The notes under the pieces were generated by a model, which was not told the origin of the DNA, searched no databases, and worked only from the letters and a program-made list of their open reading frames with translations. Made by a program: the position numbers and the translations under genes. A DNA stretch of 64,000 bases from the human T2T-CHM13v2.0 reference genome, Homo sapiens. The first letter of the stretch is position 1. Every line of letters begins with the position of its first letter. The stretch lies in the NCBI RefSeq assembly GCF_009914755.1, contig NC_060926.1, one strand, 5' to 3'. Of this stretch, positions 1 to 13,744 are shown piece by piece.

Positions 1-759
1 TTTTCATTATTAAGTATGCCCATTATTTTAACACATTTCCCTCACAAATATGTTGAATTATAGTCTTCCACAGCAGTAATTCATGACCCTCAGATATGTT
101 GGCTTTCCAGGCCATCCTTTTCACTCTAGAAAACACGTGGAATGTGGACTGTCTGATGCAAGTTAGCTTCTTCATTTCAAGATTGAAAACTGGAAATTCA
201 TTTTCCAGAACTCCTTGGCCCTTACAATTTGCCAATAAGAACTACACATGCTGCATTAGGAAAGCAGAAGAGAAGGAAGACAGCACATAGCACTGGCAGT
301 GGCATCCCTTGGCTTCCAGTGCTTCTCCAGAGAATCACCCACAGTGTTGCTGCAGAAGCTGGGGTCATGGTCTGTGTTTTCCCCATAACTCTCTTTAAAA
401 AAAGATATTTTATTTCCCATTCATTTAAATAGTTATATAAAACTCTCGTTCTCTCTATTAACTGCTGAGTGGATATATTCTCACTGTTCACTTTCTAAGT
501 GAAATTATAATCACTTGTGAGTTTTGTTTCTCATTTAAGTCTTTTCAACTATTTACAAAAATCAACATGAGTAATTACTTTCATGTTCTATAGCAATTCT
601 AAAATATTAGTATAGTCTTCATGAAGATCCTTCATGAACAAACAGAAGGAAAATCAAAGAGGCTTACTTTCTAGAAAAAATACAGGTACACTGTATATAA
701 AGAAATAGTATTTATGTTTGAAACTCAAATGAGTGTCATCACCAAGAGTTGCTAACAAT

Positions 760-1655
760 TTTTTATTGCATGTATTTAAAGTGTACAGCACAATGATTTT
801 ATATACATATACATAGTGAAATGTTTACTACACTAAGCAAATTAACATATCCATCATCTCACGTAGTTACCTTTTTGTAGTAAGAGCACCTAAAATCTAC
901 TCTCTTAGCAAATATCCAGCATAGGATATAATCTTATTAACTGTAGTTCTCACAAGTGCAACTTTATTCCCTTTTGACCTATATCTTTCCCTCCCCACCC
1001 TCCCCACTGTAAGAGTTAAAGAAAGAGGAAAGAAACACAAAACACAGCTGACAGTTAAAGACAGGTTTTCTTTAGATAAAACGTGAGAGGTGCCTCTGGC
1101 CAATTTCGGTCAGGAGTGCTTTCTCTTACAGACTAAGAATATATATTGGTTTCAGGGTGAGGGGACTTATCACAAGCTTGGAATGTTTATGTGTGTGGAG
1201 AAGTTTATGGGGGGGCTGGAATCTTTCTGTGAGGTGGGGAAGTTATTTTGGGGCAGACATCTTTCCTGCCCGGAGGGGGGTTATCTCAGGGCTAGTATGT
1301 CTCTGGTCGGGGAGGAGTTTGGAATGTTTCTAGTTAAAGATGTTATTTGTGGTTTATGGTCGTGCTGACCTTAGCCATTAGGTTGATGCCCTTTGGATTT
1401 AAGTGTTTTTTTATTAAGGTAAACTTTAGAATGATGGGCTTGTCCAAGATGTCGATGCTCCTGCTCTGTCACCCACTGTTGGTTCCCGGTAACCACCATT
1501 TTAATTCTATTTCTGTGTATTCAAACTTTTAAAAAAAAATTATATTCCACATATAAGTGAGATGATTCAGTATTTTTCTTTTTGTGTCTGGCTTATTTTA
1601 CTTAGCAGAATGTCTTTCAGGTGTAACCATGTTGTTGCAAAAGGTATGATCTCCT
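760..1655 (-). mobile_element. Old L1 3' end (L1MA/L1MB-type), split by an ERV1 LTR
   Basis: L1M 3'UTR motifs in antisense (CAAATTAACATATCCATCATCTCAC, ATTCCACATATAAGTGAGAT); the L1 sequence resumes after 1476. Confidence 0.75.
1008..1471 (-). mobile_element. Solo ERV1 LTR, MER61-like
   Basis: TG...CA termini; minus strand starts TGACAGAGCAGGAGCATCG and ends TTTAACTCTTACA; 5-bp TSD CCCAC at 1003-1007 and 1472-1476. Confidence 0.8.
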
Positions 1656-1859
1656 AAGAAAATTATTTTAGTAGCATGATGAACTAAGTTGAACAGAACA
1701 GTGACGACTGGCAATGGAGTTATTTGTTAAATAATTTATTTGGCAAAAACCTACTGAATGGCAACTAACCAAAAATGTGCAGGACTATGTGTTGGATAAT
1801 GATTATGATAAATTGAATAAGCAATGGGTGCTAAAGGAATACTACATCCCACTGTAATA

Positions 1860-2100
1860 ATAATAATTACAACAACAACAGCACTAACGCCGTGTACATA
1901 TTATATGTCCAGAACTAGAATAGGCAGTCTCTATACATTATCTTATATACAACAATACTATAAGGTAAGCAGCTTTATCTTCCCCATTTCACAAATGAGG
2001 AAACAGAGATCTAGAAAGACTGTGTAACTGGCTCAATATTAAACATCTAGCAAGTGATCACACAGAGATGGGAATCCAGGCCTAACTCCAGAGCACATAC
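1860..2100 (-). mobile_element. MIR SINE
   Basis: MIR core CCCCATTTCACAAATGAGGAAACAGAG. Confidence 0.75.
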
Positions 2101-3172
2101 AGTAGCATGCCCAGCAGTATGAACAACTTCTAAAGGAAGTGTGGGATAGGCAGGTGGCAATCAATTCCTTTTAGGGTATACTAAGGAATTCTACATAGAG
2201 AAAGTGACTTTGGACTCCAGACTACTTGAGTTTTTCTACATGCCCAAGAATGTATAGGAATTCAAGACAGAGAGACTAGAAGAGGCATAAAGATATAAAA
2301 ATAAAGAATATGTAGACATATCTGACTAGAAACCAGCGTGGCAGGCTACTGACTTGGGATGTGGCTTCGAAGGAAGTCAAAGTACTTCCTGAATCTAAAC
2401 TAAGTTCCTTAAATGTCAGAGAGCAAAGAATAACATGCCTTATCCAGCTAAAATCTCATTAATTTTAACAACTAAATGCAATTTTGATGTATACATAAAG
2501 TTATAAAGTGGCCACAAGGGAAATATTTTCCAATAGTTTGCGTTCTTTAGCTAAATTGTTAGAAGTGGAAAGGTTTGAATTGATAGCCACATGAATACAT
2601 GTTTGTCAACCGTGTTGGATGTGGTCAACACTTCTTTCGAGTTTAAGCACACATGAAATAAACAGAGTATGTATCACCTGTGATTTGAAGGTCATCAGAA
2701 AGCTCTGAACACCCGAAGTTCTTTCTACTAGCAAACTACCAAGAAAGAAATTCTCATAGTTAGAGTCACCCTTTGGGTTTAAGACAAAGTTCTCAATAAA
2801 AGCACAACTAATGGCACAAAAGAATGCAACTATGTCTACTAACAGCATACAATTTCTTTTCCGTTTCATAACTAACTTTAAAATTTAGTATAAATTGAAG
2901 ATGATACACTATAACCTAGTCATAAATATGAAACAATAAATATATTAAAATATATATCATTTTTTAATATTGCTCATCACAAAGTAAATTTAACACTTCA
3001 TGAAAATGAAACTTATTTATCCTATGACTCCATTAGCCTGCAATAATTGGTCATACTCCAGTTTGAGAAGTACCAGCTTAAGATGTTATGTTTAAACACT
3101 GTTTATGGAGCCATAATTGTGTCTTCTGAGGGATTAACTGGGTATTAGCTTTGAAATTAGAATAAAGGACCA

Positions 3173-3485
3173 GGCCAGGCTCAGTGGCTCACATCTATAA
3201 TCTCAGCACTTTGAGAGGCTGAGGCAGGAGAATTACTGGAGCCTAGGAGGTCGAGACTAGCCTGGGCAACACAGTGAGACCCTATCTCTACAAATAATAA
3301 AAAAAAAAAAATAGCCAGGCCTGTTGGCTCGTGTCTGTGTTTCCCACTACTCGGGAGGCCAAGGCAGGAGGATCCCTTGAGCCCGGGGTTCAAGGCTGCA
3401 GTGAGCCATGATTGTGCCACTGCACTCCAGGCTGCGTGACAGAGTGAAACCCTGTCACAAAGAAATAGAAATTAAATTAAAATGA
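3173..3485 (+). mobile_element. AluJ
   Basis: Dimeric Alu with J-type right arm (GAGGATCCCTTGAGCCC...AGGCTGCAGTGAGCCATGATTG); TSD AAAGGACCA at 3164-3172 and 3486-3494. Confidence 0.93.
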
Positions 3486-3869
3486 AAAGGACCAAAAGAA
3501 GCAGGATATAGAACCTGCACATTTTAACAGGACTGGATAAAAGCTGAGTAAGGCCCTAATGACAGGGCATTGCCAAGAAGGAAGATCGTGGCATAGAGGG
3601 CTTTAGAAGAGTTTAGGGAAGAAGAGTGGAGAAGAGGAGAGAAAAGAGAGGAAAATGAAGGGGTCACTAGTTAATATCAGTATTGATCTTAGTGTGGAAC
3701 CCATAGGCTGTAGCCACAAGAAAAGAGAACAATAGTTTCAACAAGGGTATTAATATAAATGGAAACATTAGACCAAAATATAAGCTTTCTCAAAGAGCAA
3801 AAACTTTATCACATTAATTAATTGCAATATATGGACTGTATTTAGATCTTTATTAAGATAAAATTTACA

Positions 3870-4210
3870 TATTTATAAGACACTCAGGGCACTTTGAATA
3901 CTGAGTAATGAATATTTGATGGTAATGAGGAGTTATTGTCTTTGTTATTATTATTGGGGTATGACAATTGTAGTGTAGTTATCTTTTTAAAATAATTCTT
4001 TAGAGAAACACTGAAATCCTTATAAATAAAATGATATGTGGATTTGATCAGAAGATGCTGGCATGAGCTGGGAAGTGAATAGGTTTATAAATTAAACAAG
4101 ACTCATCATAAATAACAACATTTGAAGCTGAGAGGTGCAATTTCATGTACATAGGATTCATTATAATATTCCCTCTATTTTTGTATAGATTGTTTTCCAT
4201 TAAAAATTTA
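3870..4210 (+). mobile_element. L1ME-type 3' end fragment
   Basis: Degraded L1ME 3'UTR (GAATATTTGATG..., GTACATAGGATTCATTATAATATTCCCTCTATTTTTGTAT). Confidence 0.6.
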
Positions 4211-4819
<609 letters not shown>

Positions 4820-5109
4820 GAATTAAAGGAAATACGTTAGTAATTGGAAGGCGAGAGTAACATTTAGAAGCTAAAGAGTACTTGTGGGAGATATGAATGG
4901 GGGAAAGTCTAAAAGAGAGGAAAAATGACAGTGTGGAAAGGGGGGATTGGGAAGAAAAAATGTCAGAATATGAGTGTTATAAGCTTATTAAGCAATCTAA
5001 GATATTAACACTTCTCAATTTTACCTAGAAAATATTCAAAACTCTTTATTAAATTTCATATGTCATAGTTTGGCCTGGGTGCGTCCTTTGCAGAAAAGCA
5101 AATACAGTT

Positions 5110-5670
5110 GTTTACTGCCCCCTTGCAGTTCCCTGAACAGCAAGTCAAACCATTTGCCATTCCCTGGGAGTCTGTAAGTCCTTACGTAGGGACTGATCTC
5201 TCTCCACATCAAATTGATCACCAGGTTTAGTGCTCCAAGTTCTGCCCATTGGAAGTATGGACCCCATCCAGGACTCTCAAAGCTACTCTAGTAGGGATGT
5301 AATGTGGCAGCCATCTGTTTTTTGCTCACATTAAGACATTTATTTGTGAACTAAGCATGACATTTTAAATCCTCTATTAGTTGGCTATATGGGATCTCCC
5401 ACAGGTGAGAGCTGAGGGAAAAGTGTCAGTACAACAGAGGCTGTGTGTGGAGAGCTAAGCTACCTATTTCTGTCACTTCCTTGTGCCCCCTGGACTTGTC
5501 TGGACATGAGCCATAATATACTGTTTCCAATATATGATAAATTGCTGCTATGCTCACCCAACTTTAGCATTGGTTGGATGGCAGCCCCCAGTCCATGATG
5601 GGCATTCCAGTGACCTAGTCTCTTACTGTCTAATGCCAGGTAGTCTCTTCTGAGGTTTAGTTGCCCACCA
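5110..5670 (-). mobile_element. ERV-L (class III) internal fossil: pol tether + RNase H
   Basis: Manual minus-strand translation: MPIMDWGLPS/PTNAKVG*A*QQFIIYWKQYI...PGGTRK*QK*VA; WEIPYSQLIEDLKCHA*FTN; QWAELGALNLV (core at 5221-5251); TDSQGMANGLTCCSGNCK (5122-5175). Colinear with HERV-L pol motifs. Confidence 0.85.
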
Positions 5671-8655
5671 GGCACTACTTTTCAAACAGTCCTGAGACAG
5701 ACTATAAGGAGGGCCTGAAGGAGCTAGCTCAAGTGATGCTGTCAATATTTATATCAGGGAGGCAACCTGCAGAGATAATCAACTCTGCGTACATTAAACA
5801 TTTAAATACCCATCATTTCAGCTTTCTCATGGGTGATCTTCCTTTAGAGTTTTTATCCCTACACTTTTCGGGAGCACAAGCAGCCTCAAGGGTGTAGACA
5901 CTTCGCCTACAATTGACAGAAAATAAACCGGAACACTGCAGCTGAGAAATCAGAAAAACAGTAGGGAAAAGAGCCATGGCTAGTCCCAAACTTGCCTTTT
6001 TCATGCATTTTACTGAATTGAAACGGTAATTAAAGTTGTCCAGATGCTGTCGTTTCAGGGGAGCACTAAAGTAGAAAACACAAAATTGCTTTAATTGCCT
6101 TGAGGTGATTAAATTTGGAAGTAATGGGCTTTCCGTCAATCTTGGCTCCTTTTTTCAGAAGACAAACCACTAACCTTGTTGCATTCACAAGAAGATCAAT
6201 CTGTATGAGCTCTGTGTGTATGTGTTTAAATAACTGCAGGCAGGTTATAAATCTAATCTACTTTTGGATTCTCAGTGACGTGCCCCCAAGCTTTCCTATT
6301 CATCCCACAATAACAAATCCCCTTCCCCGGTTCTTCCTAGCTAGCTTAGACACTTCTCACCTGGGTGCACACACAATAGCAAAACCGTGAAGTCAAAGTC
6401 TCTGAGGGAGAAAATCTTTAGGTGTCTCTAATGTGTAGAGGAGATTGATGGGGTCAGTGTTAAAGTGGCTGTCTCTAATGAGTTGAGGACTCCCATCTGT
6501 GCTATATCCTGACGTGGAGGAAGCCAGGGAGAACAGAATCAATAAGATGAGATGGCCTCTTCATCAACATTAACATAACAGTAGGGTAAACAGAGGGTGG
6601 GCTAGAGGGAGGGCCCTAAGGCATTAAGGTTCAGCCTAATAACAGAAAAACAAACACAATGAGAAGTGTTAATTCAGATATTCAGTGACAAGTTTAACTG
6701 TTTAAAAAATGAACTCCTTTGAACAGATAAATATTAACCAAACAAATTCTACTTCCCCAAAGAAAGATGTCAATCACTTGGCAAGTTAGCGTTTCCTTGG
6801 AAAATAAGACACACCACGTATTCTCAGTGTTAGTGGCACCAGTGTTTGGTGATCCATCAATGTTCTTTGAATGCTGGGAGACTTGGCTTCTTATTCTGCA
6901 GTTTGCTAATGCGGTATAGGTGTGTTGTCTTCTCCCAAATCCAAGGCAAAGACGGATCCAAGCAAAATTGGACTTAGATTAGAAGTGCAATAGAAAGTAA
7001 ATGATCACAGAGCGATGTTTATGTTTCAGGTTAAATTATATTCATAAAATCTATGTTGGAGCAAAGTACCTGTGACAGCAATATACCTGTTAGAGTATAC
7101 ACTTGACACCTGTGGAATGCCATTTGTGGAAGATTTCAGCTAACAAATAAATTACAATACAAAAAAAAGTATTTACCATCTACTTTGATACTTTTGGAGG
7201 GAAAACTTCACTTTTTTGGCTAATATTTAGGATTTATTTGTCATATTCCAACTTAAAGAACTGAAAAATGATTCTCAGAGCTGAAAGGAAATGCATCCTT
7301 GAATTTTCTTTATTTTTTCCTAGACTTATTTTTCAACTAGACTAATCTAACTTCACTCTCCAATCCTATCTAATGAAATATTATAGTAGGCATTAACACC
7401 TGCTGCAAATTGATTAGGTTCTTCAACATGAAGTGCCCTGGGCAATGGTTAATTCAGAGGAAATGTTCACTGTCAGGGCAGACACAAAAGGATTTTTTGT
7501 GAATCTGCCTAAGACCTGTCATCCTCAATCACAGTAGTTCTTGGGATGAAATAGATGCACAGACCATTAAAAGAAGGAAAAGGAATAATAATTTCATAAG
7601 ACCTTTCATGTTTGTGGGAAGCATCATGCTTGCAGAGAAGGGCACACTCTTTAGCACCCTCAGAGATTAATGATATTTACATTTGATATTAAGTGTCATG
7701 ATCAAATATTGTTCAATTCATCACAATTAAACATATATACAAAAGTACATTTTTATAACTGAGTTGCAAGTATTTTAATTTATACTTTTTAAGAAGCAGG
7801 AAAACATAAGCCAGTAAAATGCTCCCAAAGCTCATGTTTTCAAATTACATGACATTATGACTGCACTTTTTCCTTGAGAAAGTAATCACAACCTGACTTG
7901 ATAACTGGAAATATATTCTTCCACACAAGGTTGCAACAAGACAAGCAAACCTGTAGAAGGCCATGGAAATGAAATTTGCTCAGTGCTAAAATAAATTGTT
8001 TATTGTTTCCTGGTTTAGCTCAACCAAGTACAGCATTAGAAAAGAACAATAAATACCAGTAAACAGAGAGGGCAAAAGGCTGAACTCAATGTCAGTCAAA
8101 TGTCTCAGTCTTATAAATATTTATTATACTGTCTCCAGATACAAGTTTCTTTAAAACTCATCTGTGCTGATGTATTTGGCAAACACCTTCTTGAGGGAAT
8201 AAATCGGGTGACCTATGACTAAAGAGATCATGACAATCATTTTAAATAAAATAAATCCAGAGCAGTACTAGTCTGGTCCTTTTTCTTCCTTCAACTTCAT
8301 TGTGACATTTGAACATGTTGAAGGGAAAGTAAATAACCCTGTCTTTCTGCTTTTACACCTCAGCTGCTCTTCAAAGCAACAGAATATATGATTTTTATGT
8401 GCTTACATCTAAAGAGGATCCTTGAAGGTATTAAGGAACTCAGTAGAAATCTGTTATAAATAGCAGGAAGAAATATATAATGGCAAAAATAAAAGAAAGG
8501 AAAAAAAGCTCAGAGCACTTGGAGTCAACACACCTGTAGCTGAAATCTGGACTCTCCAAGGTCACAATCAAGGTGCCAGCCAGGTCTGGAGTGTCATCTG
8601 AAAGCTAAACTGAAGAAGGATCTATTTCAGCCCTTGTGGCTGTTGGCAGACTTCA

Positions 8656-11600
8656 GGTTTTTTGTTTTTTTCTTCAAATTTTATTTTAAGTTCAGGGGTA
8701 CATGTGTAGGATGTGAAGGTTTGTTACATAGGTAAATATGTGCCATGGTGGTTTGCCACACAGATCATCCCATCACCTAGGTAGTAAGCCTAGCATCCAT
8801 TAGCTATTCTTCCTGATGCTCCTCCTCTCCCTGCAACACCCTGATGGGCCCCAGTGTGTGTTGTTTCCCTCCCTGCGACCATGTGTTTCCATCATTCAGC
8901 TCCTACTTAAAGGTAATAACATGTAGTGTTTGGATTTTTTGTTTCTGCAGTAGTTTCCAGAGGATAATGGCTTCCAACTCTATCCATGTCCCTGCAAAGG
9001 ACATGATCTCATTCCTTTTTATGGCTGCAGAGTATTCCATGGTGTATATGTACCATATTTTCTTTATCCAGTCTATCATTGATGGCCATTTAGGTTGATT
9101 TCAAGTCTTTGCTATTGTGAATAGTGCTGCAGTGAACATATGTGTACATGTATCTTTATAATAGAATGATTTATATTCTTTGGGGTATATACCCAGTAAT
9201 GGGATTTCTACTTCTAGGTCTTTGAGGAATTGCCACAATGTCTTCCACAGTGGATGAACTAATTTATACTCCCACCAACAGTGTAAAAACATTCCTGTTT
9301 CTCTGCAACCTTGCCAGCATATGTTGCCTTTTAACTTTATAATAATCATCATTCTGACTGACATGAGACAGTATCTCATTGTGGTATTGATTTGCATTTC
9401 TCTAATGATCAAGGATGTTGAACTTTTTGTTAATATGTTTGTTGGCCACATGTTTGTTGTCTATTGAGAAGTGTCTGTTCATGTCCTTTGCCCACTTTTT
9501 AATAGCGTTGTTTGTTTTTTTCTTGTAAACTTGTTTAAGTCTCTTGTAGACCCTGGATATTAGACTTTTGTCAGGTGGATAGATTGCAAAAATTTTCTCC
9601 CATTCTCATGGTTGTCTGTTCACGCTGATGATAGTTTCTTTTTCATGAAGAAGTTCTTTAGTTTCATTAGATCCTATTTATCAATTTTTGTTTTTGTTGC
9701 AATTGTTTTTTGGTGTTTTCATCATGAAATCTTTGCCTGTGCCTATGTCCTGAATGGTATTGGCTAGATTTTCTTCCAGGGTTTTATGGTTTTGGGTTTT
9801 ACATTTAAGTGTTTAATTCACCTTGAGTTAATTTTTGTATACAGTGAAAGGAAAGGGTCCAGTTTCATTTTTCAGAGCTTGATATTGATCTGTTCAGGGA
9901 TTCAACTTCTTCCTGGTTCAGTTTTGGGAGAGTGTATGTGTCCAGGAATTTATTCCTTTCTTCTAGCTTTTCTAGTTTATGTCATAGAGGTGTTTGTAGT
10001 ATTGCTTGTATTTCCATGGGGTCAGTAGGGATATCCCCCTTATTATTTCTGATTGTGTGTATTGATTCTTCTCTCTTTTCTTATTAGTCTAGCTAAGGGT
10101 CTATCTATTTTATTGATTTTTTTCAAAAAAACAAGCTCCTGGATTCATTGATTTTTGAATGTTTTTTTGTGTCTATATCTCTTTCAGTTCAGCTCTGATC
10201 TTGGTTATTTGTTGTCCCCTGCCAGCTTTGGGTTTGTTTGCTCTTGGTTCTCTAGTTCTTTTAGTTGGATATTACATTGTTAACTTGAGATCTTCTAGCT
10301 TTTTGATGTGGGCATTTAGTGCTATAAATTTCCCTCTTAACTCTGCTTTAGCTGCATCCCAGAGATTCTGGGACATTGTCTCTCTGTTCTCATTAGCTTC
10401 AAATAACTCCTTGATTTCTGCCTTAATTTCATTATTTACACAAGAGTCATTCAGGAACAGGTTGTTCCATTTCCATGTACTTGTGTGGTTTTGAGTGAAT
10501 TTCTTAATCTTGAGTTCTAATTTGATTGGACTGTGATCTGAGAGATTGTTTGTTATGATTTCAGTTATTTTGCATTTGCTGAGAAGTGCTTTACTTTTAG
10601 AGTAAGTGCCATGTGGCAATAAAAATAATTTATATTCTGTTGAATTTGGGTGAAGAGTTCTGTAGATATCTATCAGGTCCACTTGATGCAGAGCTGAGTT
10701 CAGCTCCTGAATAGCTTTGTTAATTTTCTGTCTTAATGATCTGTCTAATATTGTCAGTGAGGTGTTAAAATCTCCCACTTTTATTGTATGGGAGTCTAAG
10801 TCTCTTCATAGGTCTCTAAGAACTTGCTTTATGAATTTTGGCACTCCTGTATTGGGTGTGTATATATTTAGAATAGTTAGCTTGTCTTGTTGAATTGAAG
10901 TCTTTACCATTATGTAATGCCTTTCTTTATCTTTTTAAAATTTTTGTTGGTTTAAAGACTGTTTTGTCAGAAAATAGAATTGAAACCCCTTCTTTTCTGT
11001 TTTCCATTTGCTTGGTAAATTTTCCTCCATCCCTTTATTTTGAGCCTATGTGCATCTTTGCACATGAGATGGGTGTCTCGAAGATAGCATATCAATGGGT
11101 CTTGGCTCTTTATTCAGCTTGCCATTCTGTCTCTTTTAATTGGGGCATTTAGCCCATTTACATTTAAAGTTAGTATTGTTATGTGTGAATTTGATGTGTC
11201 ATCATCATGCTAGCTGGTTATTTTGCAGACTTGTCTATGTGGTTGCCTCATAGTGCCACTGGCTGGTCTCTGTACTTCAGTGTGTTTTTGTAGTGGCTGA
11301 TAACCATTTTTCCTTTCCATATTTAGCGCTTCCTTCAGGAGCACACAGGGCTGGTGGCATGCAGGAGCACACAGGAGCAAGACAGGCCTGGTGGCAATGA
11401 ATTCCCTAAATATTTGCTTGTCTGAAAATGATGTTATTTCTCCTTCGCTTATAAAGCTTAGTTTGGCTGGATGTGAAATTCTGGGTTGGAAATTTTTTTC
11501 TCTAAGAATGTTGAATATTGGCCACCAATCTCTTCTGGCTTATAGGGTTTCTGCTACGAGATGTGTTGTTAGTCTGAAGAGTTTCCCTTTGTATACAATT

Positions 11601-13744
11601 TGGCTTTCCTCTCTGGCTGCCCTTAATATTTTTTCTTTCATTTCATCCTTGGAGAATCTGATTATTTATGTGTCTTGGAGTTATCCTCTCATGAAATATC
11701 TTACTGGGATTCTCTGCATTTCTTGAATTTGAATGTTGGCCTTTCTTGCTAGGTTGAGAAATTTCCTGGATGATATCCCGAATGTTGACCTTTCTTGCTA
11801 GATTGAGGAAATCCCTAGGTGATATCCTAGATTATATCTTGAGCCAAGAGATTCCAGCTTGGTTCCATTCTCCCCATTTCTTTCAGGTATCCCAATCAGT
11901 CATAGGTCCAGTCTCTTTACATAATCCCATATTTCTCAGAGGTTTTGTTCATTCCTTTTCATTCTATTTTCTCTATTCTTGTCTGCCTGTCTTATTTCAG
12001 AAATATAATTTTCAAGCTCTTAGATTCTTTTCTCCACTTGGTCTATTCTGTCATTAATACTTGTGATTGCATTATTAAGTTCTCGTGTTGTGTTTCTCAA
12101 CTCCATCAGGTCAGTTATGTTCCTCTCTAAACTGGCTATTCTGGCTATCAGCTCCTATATTGCTTTATCATGAGTCTTAGCTTCTTTGCATTGGGTTGCA
12201 ACGTGCTCCTTTAGCTTAGCAAAGTTCATTATTATCCACCTTCTGAAGCCTACTTCTGTCAATTCATCCAACTCAGCCTCAGCCCAGTTCTGTGCCCTTG
12301 CTGGAAAGGTGTTGTGGTCATTTGGAGGAGAAGAGGCACTCTGGCTTTTTGTGTTTACAGCATTTTTACATTGATTTCTTCTCATGTTTGTGGGCCCATC
12401 TACCTTCAATCTTTGAGGTTGCTGGCCTTTGAATGAAGTTTTTGTGGGGTCTTTTTTGTTGATGTTGTTTTCTATTTGTTTGTTTTTCTTTTAACAGTCA
12501 GGCCACTCTACTGTAGGGCTGCTGTGGTTTTCTAGGGGTTCACTCCAGATCCCAGTTGCCTTGGTGTCTCATACCTGGAGGTATTACCAGTAAAGGCTGT
12601 GAAATAGCAAAGATGGCAGCCAGCTCCTTCCTCTGGAAGCTCTGTCCCAGGGGGATACTGACCTGTTGCCAGCCCTCACACACCTGTAGGAGGTGACTGG
12701 AGACCTCCATTGGGTGGTCTCACCCAGTCAGAAGCAATGTGATCAGGGACCTGTCTAAAGGCACAGTCTAGCTGCTTTTTAGTAGAGCAAAGTATGCTGC
12801 ATTGGTGGAGGACCCTTCCTCATTCAGACTGTCTGAGTCTACCAAACCACAGAGATGGCAGCTGCCCCTCCCTGGAAAGCTCTGTTCCAGGGAAACATCA
12901 GAGCTCTGTGGGTAGAACTCTTGCTGGAGTGGCTGAAGCCCCCACAGGAAAGTCCCACCCAGTGAGGAAGAATGGATTCAGGGTCCCACTTAAAGAAGTA
13001 GTCTTGCCACCATTTGGAAACGCAGATGTGTTATGTCATGGAAGACTCTTTTTCATCTGGACCATCTGTATTCTCCACTGCTGGCAGGCTGGAGTGTCTG
13101 AGTCTACTGAACCACAGAGATGGTGGCTGCCCCTTCTCCTGGAAACTCAGACCCATCTCAGGCAGACTCCAACCCACTGCCATTGGCTGGCTGGGATTCC
13201 AAGCCAGTGGGTCCTAACTTGTGACGTTTTGTGGAAGTGGGGCCTGTGGAATGACACTGCTTTGCTCCCTGGATTCAGTCCCCTTCTGAGGGATATGTAC
13301 AGATGGATTTCCCACCTTGCCCGGGATCTTAAGGCTGGCACATGTAAAACTCCTGGGTTTTGGTAGGTGCCCAAGCAGCTGCTCAGCTGAGACTCCACAC
13401 AGTTCCTCACCAACCCAAGGCCCTGGTGGCATGGGCTCATGAGGGAATCTCTTGATCCGTGAGTTGCAAAGACCCATGGGAGAAGCATGGTTTCCTGGGC
13501 AGGGTCACACAGTCACTCACCGCTTCCCTTTCTGGTGGTGGGGGTTCCTTTGGCTCCATGCCACTCCCATGTGGGCTGTTATCCTTCCTTGCTCTTCTTC
13601 ATTTTTCATGGGTTGAGTTATTTGCCTAGTCAGTCCCAATGTGAGAACCTGGATATTTCAGTTGAAGGTGCTGAATTCACTTGCCCCTTTTCATTCTTCT
13701 CTGGGAGTGCTGCAGACCACAGCTGCTTCTGATCAGCCATCTTA
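8656..13744 (-). mobile_element. L1PA (about PA11-13) with 5'UTR, ORF1, EN and 3'UTR; RT deleted; non-coding
   Basis: Poly-T tail; ORF2 C-terminal CWQGC...HCWW (ORF 9101-9451); endonuclease GDFNT...SDH (ORF 10272-10778); ORF1 N-terminus (12155-12409); 5' end AAGATGGCTGA; TSD AGACTTCA at 8648-8655 and 13745-13752. Confidence 0.93.
11731..11828. repeat. 49-bp tandem duplication within L1 ORF1
   Basis: GAATGTTGGCCTTTCTTGCTAG...GATATCCC (11731-11779) repeated with mismatches at 11780-11828. Confidence 0.9.

Noticed and set aside
222-491. Signal-peptide-like hydrophobic stretch MPLPVLCAVFLLFCFPNAAC followed by GTAAGG
   Set aside because: Explained by a pyrimidine-rich tract; no recognisable protein or supporting promoter
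2890-3078. Possible hAT DNA-transposon end (CCAGTTTGAGAAGTACCA)
   Set aside because: Too diverged to assign by eye
10272-10778. 168-aa ORF with endonuclease motifs
   Set aside because: Fragment of a dead L1 ORF2 surrounded by stops and frameshifts, with RT deleted
12794-13366. 190-aa ORF antisense in the L1 5'UTR (ORF0-like?)
   Set aside because: GC-richer UTR gives chance ORFs; no similarity to ORF0 recognised and the element has an older UTR type
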